From a virus, in IMG/VR virus record IMGVR_UViG_3300030442_000019: a stretch of DNA of 54,054 nt; one strand, written 5' to 3'. This document shows positions 16,581 through 25,584 of the stretch, in pieces. Numbering within the stretch: position 1 is the first letter of the stretch; the number at the start of each line of letters is the position of its first letter. Under the pieces are notes generated by a model. That model searched no databases, was not told the origin of the DNA, and was given only the letters and a program-made list of their open reading frames with translations. The position numbers and the translations under genes are program-made.

Positions 16581-17903
16581 TTAATATTGCCATCTTAAGC
16601 GCCTTCTTAAGAATGTGTAGCAGAAATACCTTGTATCATCCATAGCGTGGTCATTTTCTTTAATAACTGCATCCTCACTCTTTTCTTCATCCCATCGGTA
16701 CATACCGAATTCGTTAATACAGTCTTTGCAGTCTTCGTATATCTTAAGCATGCCTTTGTTTAGCATGGTTGTAACCACACGGATACCGTCAAGCACATCA
16801 TTATCTGCTTTCTTTACTGTATATTCTCCGTATTTCTTAATGACTTCGATGAATGATGCAGCAGACGGATCTATGATGATGCAATACACCTTTCTATCAC
16901 CTATCAGCTCTTTCAGCATCTTATAATATGCTTCATCATCCACTCTCTTCCCGGTCTCACGGCTGTTATAATACACTTCTGCTTCTCTCTGTGCCGTGCG
17001 TCCATTGAACGCCCACAGTCCGGCAGAGAACGGATTGACTGTACCGTAGTCAATAGATATGATGTATTCTTTCGCTCCTGTCATGTGTTCGTGTGCTACG
17101 TGCTTTTCTTCATCAAACATCTGATAGACAAGTCCCTCGGCCACACACCACAATCCTAAGATATACCGTTTGAAGAACACACCTACATACATGCTTCGGT
17201 ATCTCTTCTTAATTGTTTCAGACAGAGACAGGTTATCATCCATCGTAAAATGCAGATACAAAATATTCTTCTGATCGCACTTATCAATCCAGTTGACTTT
17301 GAACCAGTGTCGAGGCCCGTCCGGGTTACAGTTGAACCAGTACTTAGAACCTGTCACTGAGCAACGGCCTGTTGCCTGGTTAACAAACGATTCCGGCATC
17401 AATGCCACTTCGTCAAAAAACATTCCGGCAAGGGTGATTCCCTGTATCAAGTCCTGTGAACGTTCATCTTTGCCACCGAATATATAGAAGAAGTTCTGCA
17501 CATTTCCCTTGCTGACCACAATAAGGTTGTCCGACCGATGGTCTACCACCGTATATCCACGGCTTTTTAACATCAGTTTCAACCAGAACAGTACATTACG
17601 CCGAAATGATCCGATAGTCTTTCCGGCCATACCGAAATTCTGTTGATTGAATGTACTCATCGCCCATAGAACATAAGATAGTGACATACACAGTGTCTTA
17701 CCGCTTCGGATAGCTCCGTCAGCTATGATTCCCTCTTTGTTCTTTACAGGACTGGATTCACACCACCAGGTAAGTACTTTCTTCTGTTTAACAGAAAAAG
17801 GCTTGAACTCAAATCCTTGCTTCTTAGCCTTTTCTTTCATGGCAACCGCATGCTTCATAATGCTTTGCCGGATGTTCTGTATTCTGTTCTCAATACTACT
17901 CAT
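16581..17903 (-). CDS. terL: Terminase large subunit (PBSX-like)
   Basis: Walker A motif GAIRSGKT. The track ORF extends to 17930, but the ATG at 17903 has the better RBS. Confidence 0.9.
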   Translation of the reverse strand: MSSIENRIQNIRQSIMKHAVAMKEKAKKQGFEFKPFSVKQKKVLTWWCESSPVKNKEGIIADGAIRSGKTLCMSLSYVLWAMSTFNQQNFGMAGKTIGSFRRNVLFWLKLMLKSRGYTVVDHRSDNLIVVSKGNVQNFFYIFGGKDERSQDLIQGITLAGMFFDEVALMPESFVNQATGRCSVTGSKYWFNCNPDGPRHWFKVNWIDKCDQKNILYLHFTMDDNLSLSETIKKRYRSMYVGVFFKRYILGLWCVAEGLVYQMFDEEKHVAHEHMTGAKEYIISIDYGTVNPFSAGLWAFNGRTAQREAEVYYNSRETGKRVDDEAYYKMLKELIGDRKVYCIIIDPSAASFIEVIKKYGEYTVKKADNDVLDGIRVVTTMLNKGMLKIYEDCKDCINEFGMYRWDEEKSEDAVIKENDHAMDDTRYFCYTFLRRRLRWQY

Positions 17904-18360
17904 CCGTCCATACCTCGCTCGCTGTTGCATTTAGGGCATCCAAGAAGTTATCAGTGCTTTCTTCCTCTGGTGTAGAATCTTTGTATTGTGCTTCTAATTT
18001 GGCAAGTTCGATATCCATTCGTCTATCGTCCATATTGCGCTTGAGTAATTCTTGCGCACACCTTGTGCGTTCGGATAATGGAGCGTCTAAGTCGAATTGA
18101 TCTTTCACTTCTCCGCGCATGACAGATGTAAGATACTGCATAATCTCAGTGATATCTGCGATACGTGCATCATCTATTTGTTTTTGTCGTTTCTGTATAT
18201 ATTCCAAAACGACAGGTTTTTTCATATTCTCCGCTCCGGCTTGTCTCGCCGTCTTCTCACTATATCCGGCTCTCTTTGCAGCTTCTGTCTGATTCCCGCA
18301 CTTTAAGAATTCATCAGCAAACGCTTTCTGCTTCGGAGTAGGTTCTTTCCCTTTCGGCAT
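17896..18360 (-). CDS. terS: Terminase small subunit (Terminase_2 / P27-like)
   Basis: Motif KQKAFADEFLKCGNQTEAAKRAGYSEKTARQAG. Confidence 0.85.
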   Translation of the reverse strand: MPKGKEPTPKQKAFADEFLKCGNQTEAAKRAGYSEKTARQAGAENMKKPVVLEYIQKRQKQIDDARIADITEIMQYLTSVMRGEVKDQFDLDAPLSERTRCAQELLKRNMDDRRMDIELAKLEAQYKDSTPEEESTDNFLDALNATASEVWTDE

Positions 18361-18391
18361 CTACCCACCCTCTTCCATATATCCATCCATG

Positions 18392-18712
18392 CTACTCACC
18401 GCCCTTGCCTGTTCTACACAGTCTCTTTCTGAGGTTACTGTATCTGTCTGTAATAACATCCAGTGCAATGTTAAGTGCTTGTATTGTTCCGTTCTGTCTG
18501 TTGTGTTCTTCTACCAGTCTCTTATTTTTTTCAGTAAGTTCCTGTACTTCGCACAGTGCCCGTTCTCCGACAGCCTTTGCGTCTTCTACCTCTTTTTGCA
18601 GATACTCATTCTTTTCTTTCAGCTTTTCATTCTTTGTAATCATGTCAATGAGTTTCTTCTGCATTTCTTCTTTAATCATGTTTTCTGTTTCTTCCGCATA
18701 AGTCTCAATCAT
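18392..18712 (-). CDS. Coiled-coil hypothetical protein
   Basis: Start refined to the ATGA overlap with the upstream stop. Confidence 0.55.
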   Translation of the reverse strand: MIETYAEETENMIKEEMQKKLIDMITKNEKLKEKNEYLQKEVEDAKAVGERALCEVQELTEKNKRLVEEHNRQNGTIQALNIALDVITDRYSNLRKRLCRTGKGGE

Positions 18713-18966
18713 TCTTTCACCGCCTTCCATATATCGTTTAAACAATTTACAATCTCTATCTGTGATGCTGTTCGGAGAATTTCATAATCATAATATTTCC
18801 ATTCCCCGTTTTTCTTTCGCTCTAGCACTCTAGTAGATAGGATGTGCATGGTGATAAGTCTATTTTGCTCCACGGAATAAAACTGACTTGTCCCCATCTT
18901 TATAACTAATCCTTTTTGCAGTATTGCTTTCTGTAGCTTCTTTGCAATGCTATTTAGATTTGCCAT
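18709..18966 (-). CDS. Hypothetical protein
   Basis: Start refined to MANLNSIAKKL, which has the RBS AGGTGAG. Confidence 0.55.
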   Translation of the reverse strand: MANLNSIAKKLQKAILQKGLVIKMGTSQFYSVEQNRLITMHILSTRVLERKKNGEWKYYDYEILRTASQIEIVNCLNDIWKAVKE

Positions 18967-19107
18967 ACACTCACCTACCTTTTCCGCATACAAAAATAGC
19001 ACCTCCCACGATAATTACATCTTACCGTCAGAAGTGCTATTTCATTGTCCCCGTTATTTAGTTTTGATACTTATATTTTACCATAAAATGTACATTTTTT
19101 CAACTTT

Positions 19108-19902
19108 TTATAAGTTTGGACTATAATTTGTGATCGTATCCATATGCTCTATATATGCCACACCATTTTTTATCCCAAACGCAAGTATTATTCCACCTTT
19201 TATCTTTATATTCGGTGTCTCTCCGTTTCTTAATGGCAAAAATATACCATCTGCCACTACAAGCATGCTGTACCCTCTGCATTTTAATCCCTTTAAAATA
19301 TCATAAAAGAATTTTATTTGCAGCCCCTCTTCTTTTTCCACAAGATACATTCTGCTAAAAGTATAAGGCTTTTTTACATTATATGTGCAGCCAATAGGAT
19401 ATCCCTTTCCTTTTTGTTCTTTTGGTATGTTCTTCTCGCTTATAGATTTTTCCGTCCAATTCTCCAAGCCATATTTCCTGTATAGCTCTGGTTCTTCAAG
19501 CAAGAAAAACTTTACCACGTCTTTCTTTGTCTTCTTTATATTTCTAATATTATCTTTTATGTATTCCTTATACCAGTTGTATTTTTCCGGGAGTCCCGTT
19601 CTTTCGAAATATTCATCAATTTCAGAATTTTTTAATTTTTCGACGTTCCGACAGAAGAACGACATCCAGTTGTTGCTAAGTATAAGTTTGCTTTTTATCG
19701 GTTTCTGCATGGATACCAATCCCGAATAGTAGTCCATCATCTTGTATTTGCTGTTAAATTCTACTCTTTTCTCATTCCTTATTATTTTTGCATCTTTCCC
19801 GTTTGTGTTCACATAGATGTATATAGCTGGTGCCGGGTAATGCTCCTGTACCGCTCTATCTTCCAAGTTATCAATTCCTATGTATTCTATTGCTTCTCTC
19901 AT
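19108..19902 (-). CDS. AT-rich accessory gene of unknown function
   Basis: Start refined to MREAIEYIG, which has the RBS GAGGT. The region is visibly more AT-rich than its surroundings. Confidence 0.6.
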   Translation of the reverse strand: MREAIEYIGIDNLEDRAVQEHYPAPAIYIYVNTNGKDAKIIRNEKRVEFNSKYKMMDYYSGLVSMQKPIKSKLILSNNWMSFFCRNVEKLKNSEIDEYFERTGLPEKYNWYKEYIKDNIRNIKKTKKDVVKFFLLEEPELYRKYGLENWTEKSISEKNIPKEQKGKGYPIGCTYNVKKPYTFSRMYLVEKEEGLQIKFFYDILKGLKCRGYSMLVVADGIFLPLRNGETPNIKIKGGIILAFGIKNGVAYIEHMDTITNYSPNL

Positions 19903-19912
19903 TTTTCTACCT

Positions 19913-20200
19913 CTACAATAATTCAATTTCTGTAATTCTTACAATTGTATCTAATGGGTTCTCTTTCTTCTCCACCACTTCGAAGCTGTAGTTAATCCAT
20001 ACCGGGCAGTTCGACTCTCCGTCTACTCCACAATCCGATATCTTATAGCTTACTGATCCGGCATCAGTTGGATCATCACCATTTCCATCCCATATATCAT
20101 TAATCTCTACTTCTTCCCCGACTTCCACTTCTGGCAAGTACTCAATTTTGCAATCTCCATTTTGATTAATGTCATAACCTTCTTGTATAATACTATTCAT
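19913..20200 (-). CDS. Acidic small protein, paralog of 20289-20519
   Basis: 95 aa. It shares EVGEE...D.W...FE.V....ENP..T.V.IT.I with the 76-aa ORF. Confidence 0.65.
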   Translation of the reverse strand: MNSIIQEGYDINQNGDCKIEYLPEVEVGEEVEINDIWDGNGDDPTDAGSVSYKISDCGVDGESNCPVWINYSFEVVEKKENPLDTIVRITEIELL

Positions 20201-20218
20201 CTTATTGTCCTCCTAAAT

Positions 20219-20260
20219 ATAAAAAGATGTATAGATAGCCTGTCTGTGTATCTATACATC
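20219..20260 (-). terminator. Rho-independent terminator
   Basis: Perfect 12-bp stem GATGTATAGATA/TATCTATACATC with an 11-nt loop, followed by T5 on the minus strand. Confidence 0.75.
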
Positions 20261-20288
20261 TCATGTTACGGTTTATCATATCTTTATA

Positions 20289-20519
20289 TTATCTTATGCC
20301 TGTGATTTTTACAAGTGTGTTAACTGGATTTTCTTCGTCTTCTGCTACGATTTCGAAATCTGCAATGATTGGTTCGTCATCTTCTCCGTTTGCAACGTGT
20401 ACGCATTCGCTTTCGAGAAGTTCCTCTACGTCTCCGTCTTCTGTCTGCCATAAATCTGCAAATCTGATTTCTTCTCCAACCTCTAATTCTGCTCCATTAA
20501 ATATTTCAACTTTCATCAT
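20289..20519 (-). CDS. Very acidic small protein (anti-defence candidate)
   Basis: 76-aa ORF with RBS AGGAGGT, driven by promoter copy 1. Confidence 0.7.
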   Translation of the reverse strand: MMKVEIFNGAELEVGEEIRFADLWQTEDGDVEELLESECVHVANGEDDEPIIADFEIVAEDEENPVNTLVKITGIR

Positions 20520-20552
20520 CTTTCTTTACCTCCTGTAATGTTCTCTGTTTTT

Positions 20553-20593
20553 TTAACTGTCTTTATTATAGCATAGTGGTGTCCACTAGTCAA
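20553..20593 (-). promoter_or_regulatory. Consensus sigma-A-type promoter with an embedded palindromic operator (copy 1)
   Basis: On the minus strand: TTGACT, a 17-nt spacer, then TATAAT. The spacer contains the 15-bp palindrome TAGTGGACACCACTA. The 41-bp block is identical to 21471-21511. Confidence 0.8.
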
Positions 20594-20599
20594 TAGTTT

Positions 20600-20782
20600 T
20601 TATTTATTTTTCTTAATAGTTATCACACCGTCTTTTTCTTCTAAGACAACACTTCTATCCTCTTCCGTAACGCCCAGTGCCTTTATCATTCCTACCGGAA
20701 TAGAAATACGGTAGTTCTTTGTATTCTTGCCAGATGTTCCCCCGGCTTTGTTTATCATGACGTTTCTTTTTGCTTTCTCCAT
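20600..20782 (-). CDS. AbrB/SpoVT (MazE-like) DNA-binding protein
   Basis: 60 aa with YRISIPVGMIKALGVTEEDRSVVLEEKDGVITIKK. Confidence 0.65.
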   Translation of the reverse strand: MEKAKRNVMINKAGGTSGKNTKNYRISIPVGMIKALGVTEEDRSVVLEEKDGVITIKKNK

Positions 20783-20796
20783 TACTATCTCCTTTT

Positions 20797-21015
20797 TTAT
20801 CGCAATATTGCAATCACTTCCGCGTTTCTTATAATGATTTCGTCTTTATCGTTTCCGTATTGCATTACGTTTCCACCGATTAAGTATGTTTTTTCTACGT
20901 AAGATTTTACGGCTTCAATCATTTCTTCGATATTGTTTTCAGATACTTTAAGTGCACATGTGCCGTCAAGTTCTCCACCGTCGTAGAATCCGACATAAGG
21001 ACCGTCTGAAATGCT
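20797..21015 (-). pseudogene. Start-less 72-codon open frame, in frame with the upstream gene after TAATAA
   Basis: My own translation is SISDGPYVGFYDGGELDGTCALKVSENNIEEMIEAV...AILR. There is no ATG, GTG or TTG before codon 32. Confidence 0.35.
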
Positions 21016-21018
21016 TTA

Positions 21019-21441
21019 TTAAATCATTATGCATGTTTCGTTTTCGCCCTCGTAATTGTCTTCCGCTTCTTCCGCTTCTTCCAGGCTTGAGCAGATCGCT
21101 ATTGTTTCATGGCTAGGTATTTCAACGACTTCAATTTTCATCTCTGTGCTTTCTAATGTGTCAATAAAATCTGTCTGTACAAATTTGCTTTCGTCTTCGT
21201 CATATTCAAATTCATTTTCTTCAATTACATACTCTTCAACCTTGTAGAATGTCATTCCGTGGCAAGAAAATTTGCTAACATCTGTTTTACGTTTTGCAAG
21301 TTCCTTTTTCGCTTCCTCCAGTGTATCGAATGTTTTTATATATTCCGGCGAATCGTCAAAAGCCGTGCATCCTTCTTCAATTTCTTTTCTATCTTTATAC
21401 TTAATTTCTGCCGTTCTTTTTACTAAATCATATTTTTTCAT
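21019..21441 (-). CDS. Highly acidic protein (anti-defence / DNA-mimic candidate)
   Basis: 140-aa ORF with RBS AGGAGGAA, driven by promoter copy 2. Confidence 0.7.
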   Translation of the reverse strand: MKKYDLVKRTAEIKYKDRKEIEEGCTAFDDSPEYIKTFDTLEEAKKELAKRKTDVSKFSCHGMTFYKVEEYVIEENEFEYDEDESKFVQTDFIDTLESTEMKIEVVEIPSHETIAICSSLEEAEEAEDNYEGENETCIMI

Positions 21442-21470
21442 TTTTCTTCCTCCTGTGATGTGTTCCTTTC

Positions 21471-21511
21471 TTAACTGTCTTTATTATAGCATAGTGGTGT
21501 CCACTAGTCAA
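21471..21511 (-). promoter_or_regulatory. Consensus sigma-A-type promoter with an embedded palindromic operator (copy 2)
   Basis: Identical 41-bp block. The -35 is at 21506-21511, the -10 at 21483-21488 and the palindrome at 21492-21506. Confidence 0.8.
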
Positions 21512-21512
21512 G

Positions 21513-21551
21513 TAAAAAAATAAAAGATTTCAATTATTTTCAAAATCTTTT
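21513..21551 (-). terminator. AU-rich hairpin plus T-run after the integrase gene
   Basis: 9-bp arms AAAAGATTT/AAATCTTTT with a 12-nt loop, followed by T7 on the minus strand. Confidence 0.4.
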
Positions 21552-21687
21552 TCTCTTAATCTATATATTTATATTTCCGGCTCCCGTCTTTATTTTCTTA
21601 ATCATATAATAGAATCTTGGTCTTTTCTTCCTTTTCTCCACTTCCTACCGCTGTTGGGATGATGGTGGGAACACGAGAAAGTACCTA

Positions 21688-23043
21688 TTAATATATGCTA
21701 AAATGTATGTCTATGTCATCTTCTGTGATAACCACCTTTTCAACACACTCTTTTAGCACCTTGTTTTTCTCGGAATCCGTCAGTGTATCCCACACGTTGG
21801 ACATCTCTTTTATTTTCTCTATTTTTTCTCCCCGTCCAGCTTTCTCCCGGATGTCTTCTGCCTTTAGTTCTTCCTGTAGATTTTTCAGTTTTTTTTCTTC
21901 TGTCTGGATAACATCAAAAAGTGTATCTGTACCGGAACTACCGCTTGCATACAATGTGTATAGGCGTTTCAGTTTTGCTTCGCTTAGTGATATCTCTTTT
22001 TCTATCATCTTCCTGGTGCTTTCGGATTCATTCTCTTTTTCTTCGACATTAACGATGAATCTTTTAAAGCAGTCCTCTACTTCTTTTTCTACCACATCTG
22101 CCCGCACCTTTTTATTCTTGCAAGGGTTCCCTGTCTTAGATATATGCTCTTTTTCCTTGTACTGTGAGTAACATACTATCTTGGTGTACTTTCCCCACTT
22201 TTGCATCCGCATTTTGGTGCCACATTTTCCGCAGTAACACAAACCGGTAAGCATATGCTTGTTGCTTACATAAGCATTTGTGGATCTCTTTTTTATCTCT
22301 TCCTGTACTTCGTAGAATAGTTTTTCGTCTATGATTGGTTCATGCAAGCCTTGGTATGTTTTTCCTTTATATTGTATTTTACCTACATAAGCTATTCGCC
22401 TAATAATGTTCGATACAAGCTTCTCTGAATGCATCCCGAGGATTTTTTGAATCCTATCACACGAATATCCGTCCCGGAACATCTGAAAGATAGCTTTTAC
22501 CTTTTCCGCTTCTTCCGGGATGATATGTAATATCCCATCGTTCCTGTCGTACCTATATCCGTACGGTATCGTACCACCACCCATCCACAGTCCACGCTTT
22601 ACACGCTCCACCATCCCGGCTCTTGTACGCATATAGATAACCTCACGCTCATACTGCCCCATGACCGCATTAACGCCCAGCATCACACGATCCATCGGTG
22701 TCTCATTCCGCAAATCCTCTGTAGCCGATACTACCTCTACATTGTATTTTGGTAAGAGCTTACTCACAAGCGTAAGAGTATCTACAACATCACGGCTCAT
22801 TCTGTCAAGCTTATAGATGTATACTGCCTGTATTTCTCCGGCTTCTGCATCTTCCAGAAGTTTCTGTATGTTCGGTCTTTGGATATTGCTCCCGGAATAT
22901 CCCCCGTCTACATACCATCTGGCTATCTTCACGCCCCTTTTCTTGGCAAGTTCCTTTATCTTGTCTTCTTGGACATCAAGACCATACTTTTCGGCCTGTG
23001 CTTCTGTAGACACTCTCATATAACCTACATTTAATTTTTTCAT
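21688..23043 (-). CDS. int: Large serine recombinase (integrase)
   Basis: The resolvase-type N-terminus is GYMRVSTEAQ...YKLDRMSRD. It also has a recombinase domain, a Cys-rich zinc ribbon and a coiled coil. Start refined to MKKLNVGY. Confidence 0.9.
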   Translation of the reverse strand: MKKLNVGYMRVSTEAQAEKYGLDVQEDKIKELAKKRGVKIARWYVDGGYSGSNIQRPNIQKLLEDAEAGEIQAVYIYKLDRMSRDVVDTLTLVSKLLPKYNVEVVSATEDLRNETPMDRVMLGVNAVMGQYEREVIYMRTRAGMVERVKRGLWMGGGTIPYGYRYDRNDGILHIIPEEAEKVKAIFQMFRDGYSCDRIQKILGMHSEKLVSNIIRRIAYVGKIQYKGKTYQGLHEPIIDEKLFYEVQEEIKKRSTNAYVSNKHMLTGLCYCGKCGTKMRMQKWGKYTKIVCYSQYKEKEHISKTGNPCKNKKVRADVVEKEVEDCFKRFIVNVEEKENESESTRKMIEKEISLSEAKLKRLYTLYASGSSGTDTLFDVIQTEEKKLKNLQEELKAEDIREKAGRGEKIEKIKEMSNVWDTLTDSEKNKVLKECVEKVVITEDDIDIHFSIY

Positions 23044-23106
23044 GTCAATTCTCCTTTCAATTAAAAAAGAATTGACCAAGATTCTATCAAGGTCAATTCT
23101 AAAATA

Positions 23107-23229
23107 TCACTTATTTTTTGTCAACTTTTCTGAAAGAATCCTTTTTACCGCCTTGTTATGGATTTCATATTTGGAAAGTTCTTCTTTTGTCACCTGTTTT
23201 CCGTTCACATAGATTCTTACCATCCGCAT
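23107..23229 (-). CDS. 40-aa basic protein upstream of int
   Basis: My own translation is MRMVRIYVNGKQVTKEELSKYEIHNKAVKRILSEKLTKNK. TGATG overlap. Confidence 0.35.
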   Translation of the reverse strand: MRMVRIYVNGKQVTKEELSKYEIHNKAVKRILSEKLTKNK

Positions 23230-23612
23230 CACTCCTTTTCGGTAGTATTCCCGTGTTTGTGTCTTTTTATTCCGAATAGCCTTTCTGCCATCTTTCCATC
23301 GTCATGTTCTCCCCAAAGTATCCACCTATACATTTCATCTAAGACTTTCCTCCGATATCCTTGGAAGTCTTTTCTTGCAATCGGTATCCAGTAACGCTTA
23401 CTTATATAGTCGTATCCGATTCCCGTGATAAGTGAAAAGAACAATATCCCCGATAAGTCATTATTCGCATTTTGACACCATTTCAGTAATTCAAGCTGAT
23501 CGTTTCCACGCATCCTATGACATTCGTTCAACATCTTTTTTTCATCTTCTTCGCTTATGTAGTAGATGTCTTTATGTGCCCCTCTCAGATATTTGTCTCT
23601 TACTCCGGCCAT
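23229..23612 (-). CDS. Hypothetical protein
   Basis: 127-aa ORF with RBS AAGGAAGG. Confidence 0.6.
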   Translation of the reverse strand: MAGVRDKYLRGAHKDIYYISEEDEKKMLNECHRMRGNDQLELLKWCQNANNDLSGILFFSLITGIGYDYISKRYWIPIARKDFQGYRRKVLDEMYRWILWGEHDDGKMAERLFGIKRHKHGNTTEKE

Positions 23613-23751
23613 TAATCAATCCCTTCCTTTTCGCATATCCTAATACATCACTTTTGACCAAATAGTAGTTTTTCTTTCTTTTTACCGTCTTCTCCTTTGT
23701 TTTTTCTTCCAATGCATTCATCATTAAGTTCATCCTTTAATATCATATTCT

Positions 23752-24213
23752 TTACTCATAGCTGTCCACTACCTCCAACTTCTTCAAGTCCTCGATAAGC
23801 CACGGTGAATCATCCGACCACTTGACCGTTGGGAAGTCTACGGAAAACCCACAGAGATTTTTAAAAACGCCAGAATCATATACCCAGCCATACTTTCCTT
23901 TTTCGATTGCACGTTCATAGGCAAACAAAGCTCCGCTTTTATCTCTCGAAATGTATTTCAAATCTTTTCCAAGATACTCCAAAAACGTTCTATCTTTCTT
24001 GCTTATCACTGGCTTTTCGATGTATTCAGATTCAAGCCATGCTTTCATTTTTTCTTTGCATCTACTTATGCCCCTTTTTCTGAACAAACAATGTTCACAA
24101 ATTATTTCACTGCAACCCTTTAACTCTCCTGTTCGTTCATTAACAGCACCATATTTGCAAGCAATCTCAATAATCTCGCTTGCGTACTTCTCTTTATTCT
24201 TCATCTCTTCCAC
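23752..24213 (-). CDS. Hypothetical Cys-containing protein
   Basis: 153-aa ORF with an RBS. Confidence 0.6.
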   Translation of the reverse strand: MEEMKNKEKYASEIIEIACKYGAVNERTGELKGCSEIICEHCLFRKRGISRCKEKMKAWLESEYIEKPVISKKDRTFLEYLGKDLKYISRDKSGALFAYERAIEKGKYGWVYDSGVFKNLCGFSVDFPTVKWSDDSPWLIEDLKKLEVVDSYE

Positions 24214-24327
24214 CTCGTTTCACAATTTCAATTGCTCTATCCCGTTCCACCACCTAATGTTATTGGGTACTCTCTGGAAAGGATATATCCTTTCGCTCCG
24301 CAGAATGGACACAGCTTTAATCTTTTG

Positions 24328-24789
24328 TTATTCTGCATCTTTCCCTTCTCCTTTGTATGGTTCCGGCAACGGCATCCAAGCGATTACATCCAAAATTCTC
24401 CATCCATCCGTGAAATTAATTCCATTCCAAAAAGCTCTAAATGGATATACTTTGTCTTGGTCACTACTTCCGTATTTTGTTGTTACCAGATACAATTCAA
24501 GACTCTTTCCATCAAACACCGGATTTTCTTTTGGCTCTTCCGGTATCCGTTCACTGCATGGAATCCAGTCGCTTTCTCTTTCTACTACCTCAAAATATTT
24601 CTCTTTATATTCAAGAGCAACGTCCAAATAATAAGAGCTATATCCAATGTGATAGCATTTATCACCCACTTCTCTATACTTATTTTCGTAATATGGCTTG
24701 TCTCCGTGCATAGTCACTATGGTATCAATGCTCTCTACCTTTATTTTTTCCTGTTCTTCATTTTCCGTTGGTGCATATGTATTATCCAT
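24328..24789 (-). CDS. DUF551-like protein
   Basis: Motif WIPCSERIPEE...IAWMPLPEPY. Start refined to MDNTYAP. Confidence 0.55.
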   Translation of the reverse strand: MDNTYAPTENEEQEKIKVESIDTIVTMHGDKPYYENKYREVGDKCYHIGYSSYYLDVALEYKEKYFEVVERESDWIPCSERIPEEPKENPVFDGKSLELYLVTTKYGSSDQDKVYPFRAFWNGINFTDGWRILDVIAWMPLPEPYKGEGKDAE

Positions 24790-24790
24790 G

Positions 24791-25102
24791 CTATTCTCCT
24801 TTCTCACTCAGTTCTTTTATCTTCTCGTCATATTCTTTAGCTGGAACGGTTATGGCGCACAATCTAACATTGTTTCTATCCACGCCGTGATTTTTGAAAT
24901 GGCAATCTCTTTTTAGGTTTACATACTTATCGCCGACACAATATGCAAAATCTATCAAGCAGAGCGGGTTCTCTCCTATTATGTAACTCTCTATAATAAC
25001 TCCGTCCCCATAACCCCTTAAATATTCATAATATGCCCATAGAGGTTTATTTTTGTCTCTTTCATATACGATCTCGCCAGTGTTTCTGTCTACCCAGTAC
25101 AT
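24791..25102 (-). CDS. Hypothetical protein
   Basis: 103-aa ORF. Confidence 0.6.
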   Translation of the reverse strand: MYWVDRNTGEIVYERDKNKPLWAYYEYLRGYGDGVIIESYIIGENPLCLIDFAYCVGDKYVNLKRDCHFKNHGVDRNNVRLCAITVPAKEYDEKIKELSEKGE

Positions 25103-25420
25103 TTATTCCACCTCTTCATCTGCCGGGAATTGAAAAATGTTTTTCTCCGCAAACGTTTCTAAAAGTTGTTCTATTTCATCTGTTCTCCGAAAACTCATAG
25201 CCATAGTGAGTGAGTTCATTCCGTTGTTTCTCATTTTGCACCACGCATACCTGTTTCTACACATTTCCATAGCCTTTTCAGCTTTCGCTTCAGTGGAATA
25301 TTTAGCGAACTGTAATTCTTTAACCGCTAAGTTATCTGCGTATATTTTAGTTCCTATGTTCGTCAACATCGTTTGTTCATAAGGCATATCATAACATCCA
25401 TCTTGACTAATTATTCTCAT
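25103..25420 (-). CDS. Hypothetical protein
   Basis: 105-aa ORF. Confidence 0.6.
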   Translation of the reverse strand: MRIISQDGCYDMPYEQTMLTNIGTKIYADNLAVKELQFAKYSTEAKAEKAMEMCRNRYAWCKMRNNGMNSLTMAMSFRRTDEIEQLLETFAEKNIFQFPADEEVE

Positions 25421-25584
25421 ATTTTCTTACCTCTCTTCCGAAAATCTTTCTTGCAATATCCGGCTGAGCATTGTCCACTCATTCCGTAACCGAATCTTAT
25501 TTTTCCTGCTTGCTTCCAATATTTGCAATTCATACATTTTGCATCTGGCTGTGTAATATTTGCTCCGATTCCGATTCTACTCAT
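25417..25584 (-). CDS. Small Cys-rich protein (55 aa)
   Basis: My own translation is MSRIGIGANITQPDAKCMNCKYWKQAGKIRFGYGMSGQCSAGYCKKDFRKRGKKI. ATGA overlap. Confidence 0.4.
   Translation of the reverse strand: MSRIGIGANITQPDAKCMNCKYWKQAGKIRFGYGMSGQCSAGYCKKDFRKRGKKI

Noticed and set aside
19108-19902. The AT-rich 264-aa protein was considered as a truncated Cas8b-like decoy.
   Set aside because: This was only a vague impression from the N-terminus, and I cannot support it from the sequence.
21552-21687. An attP core next to the integrase was considered, based on the imperfect inverted repeat GGTCTTTTCT / AGAAAGTACC.
   Set aside because: Only 8 of 10 positions match and no host attB is available for comparison. 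The attP position cannot be fixed from this window.
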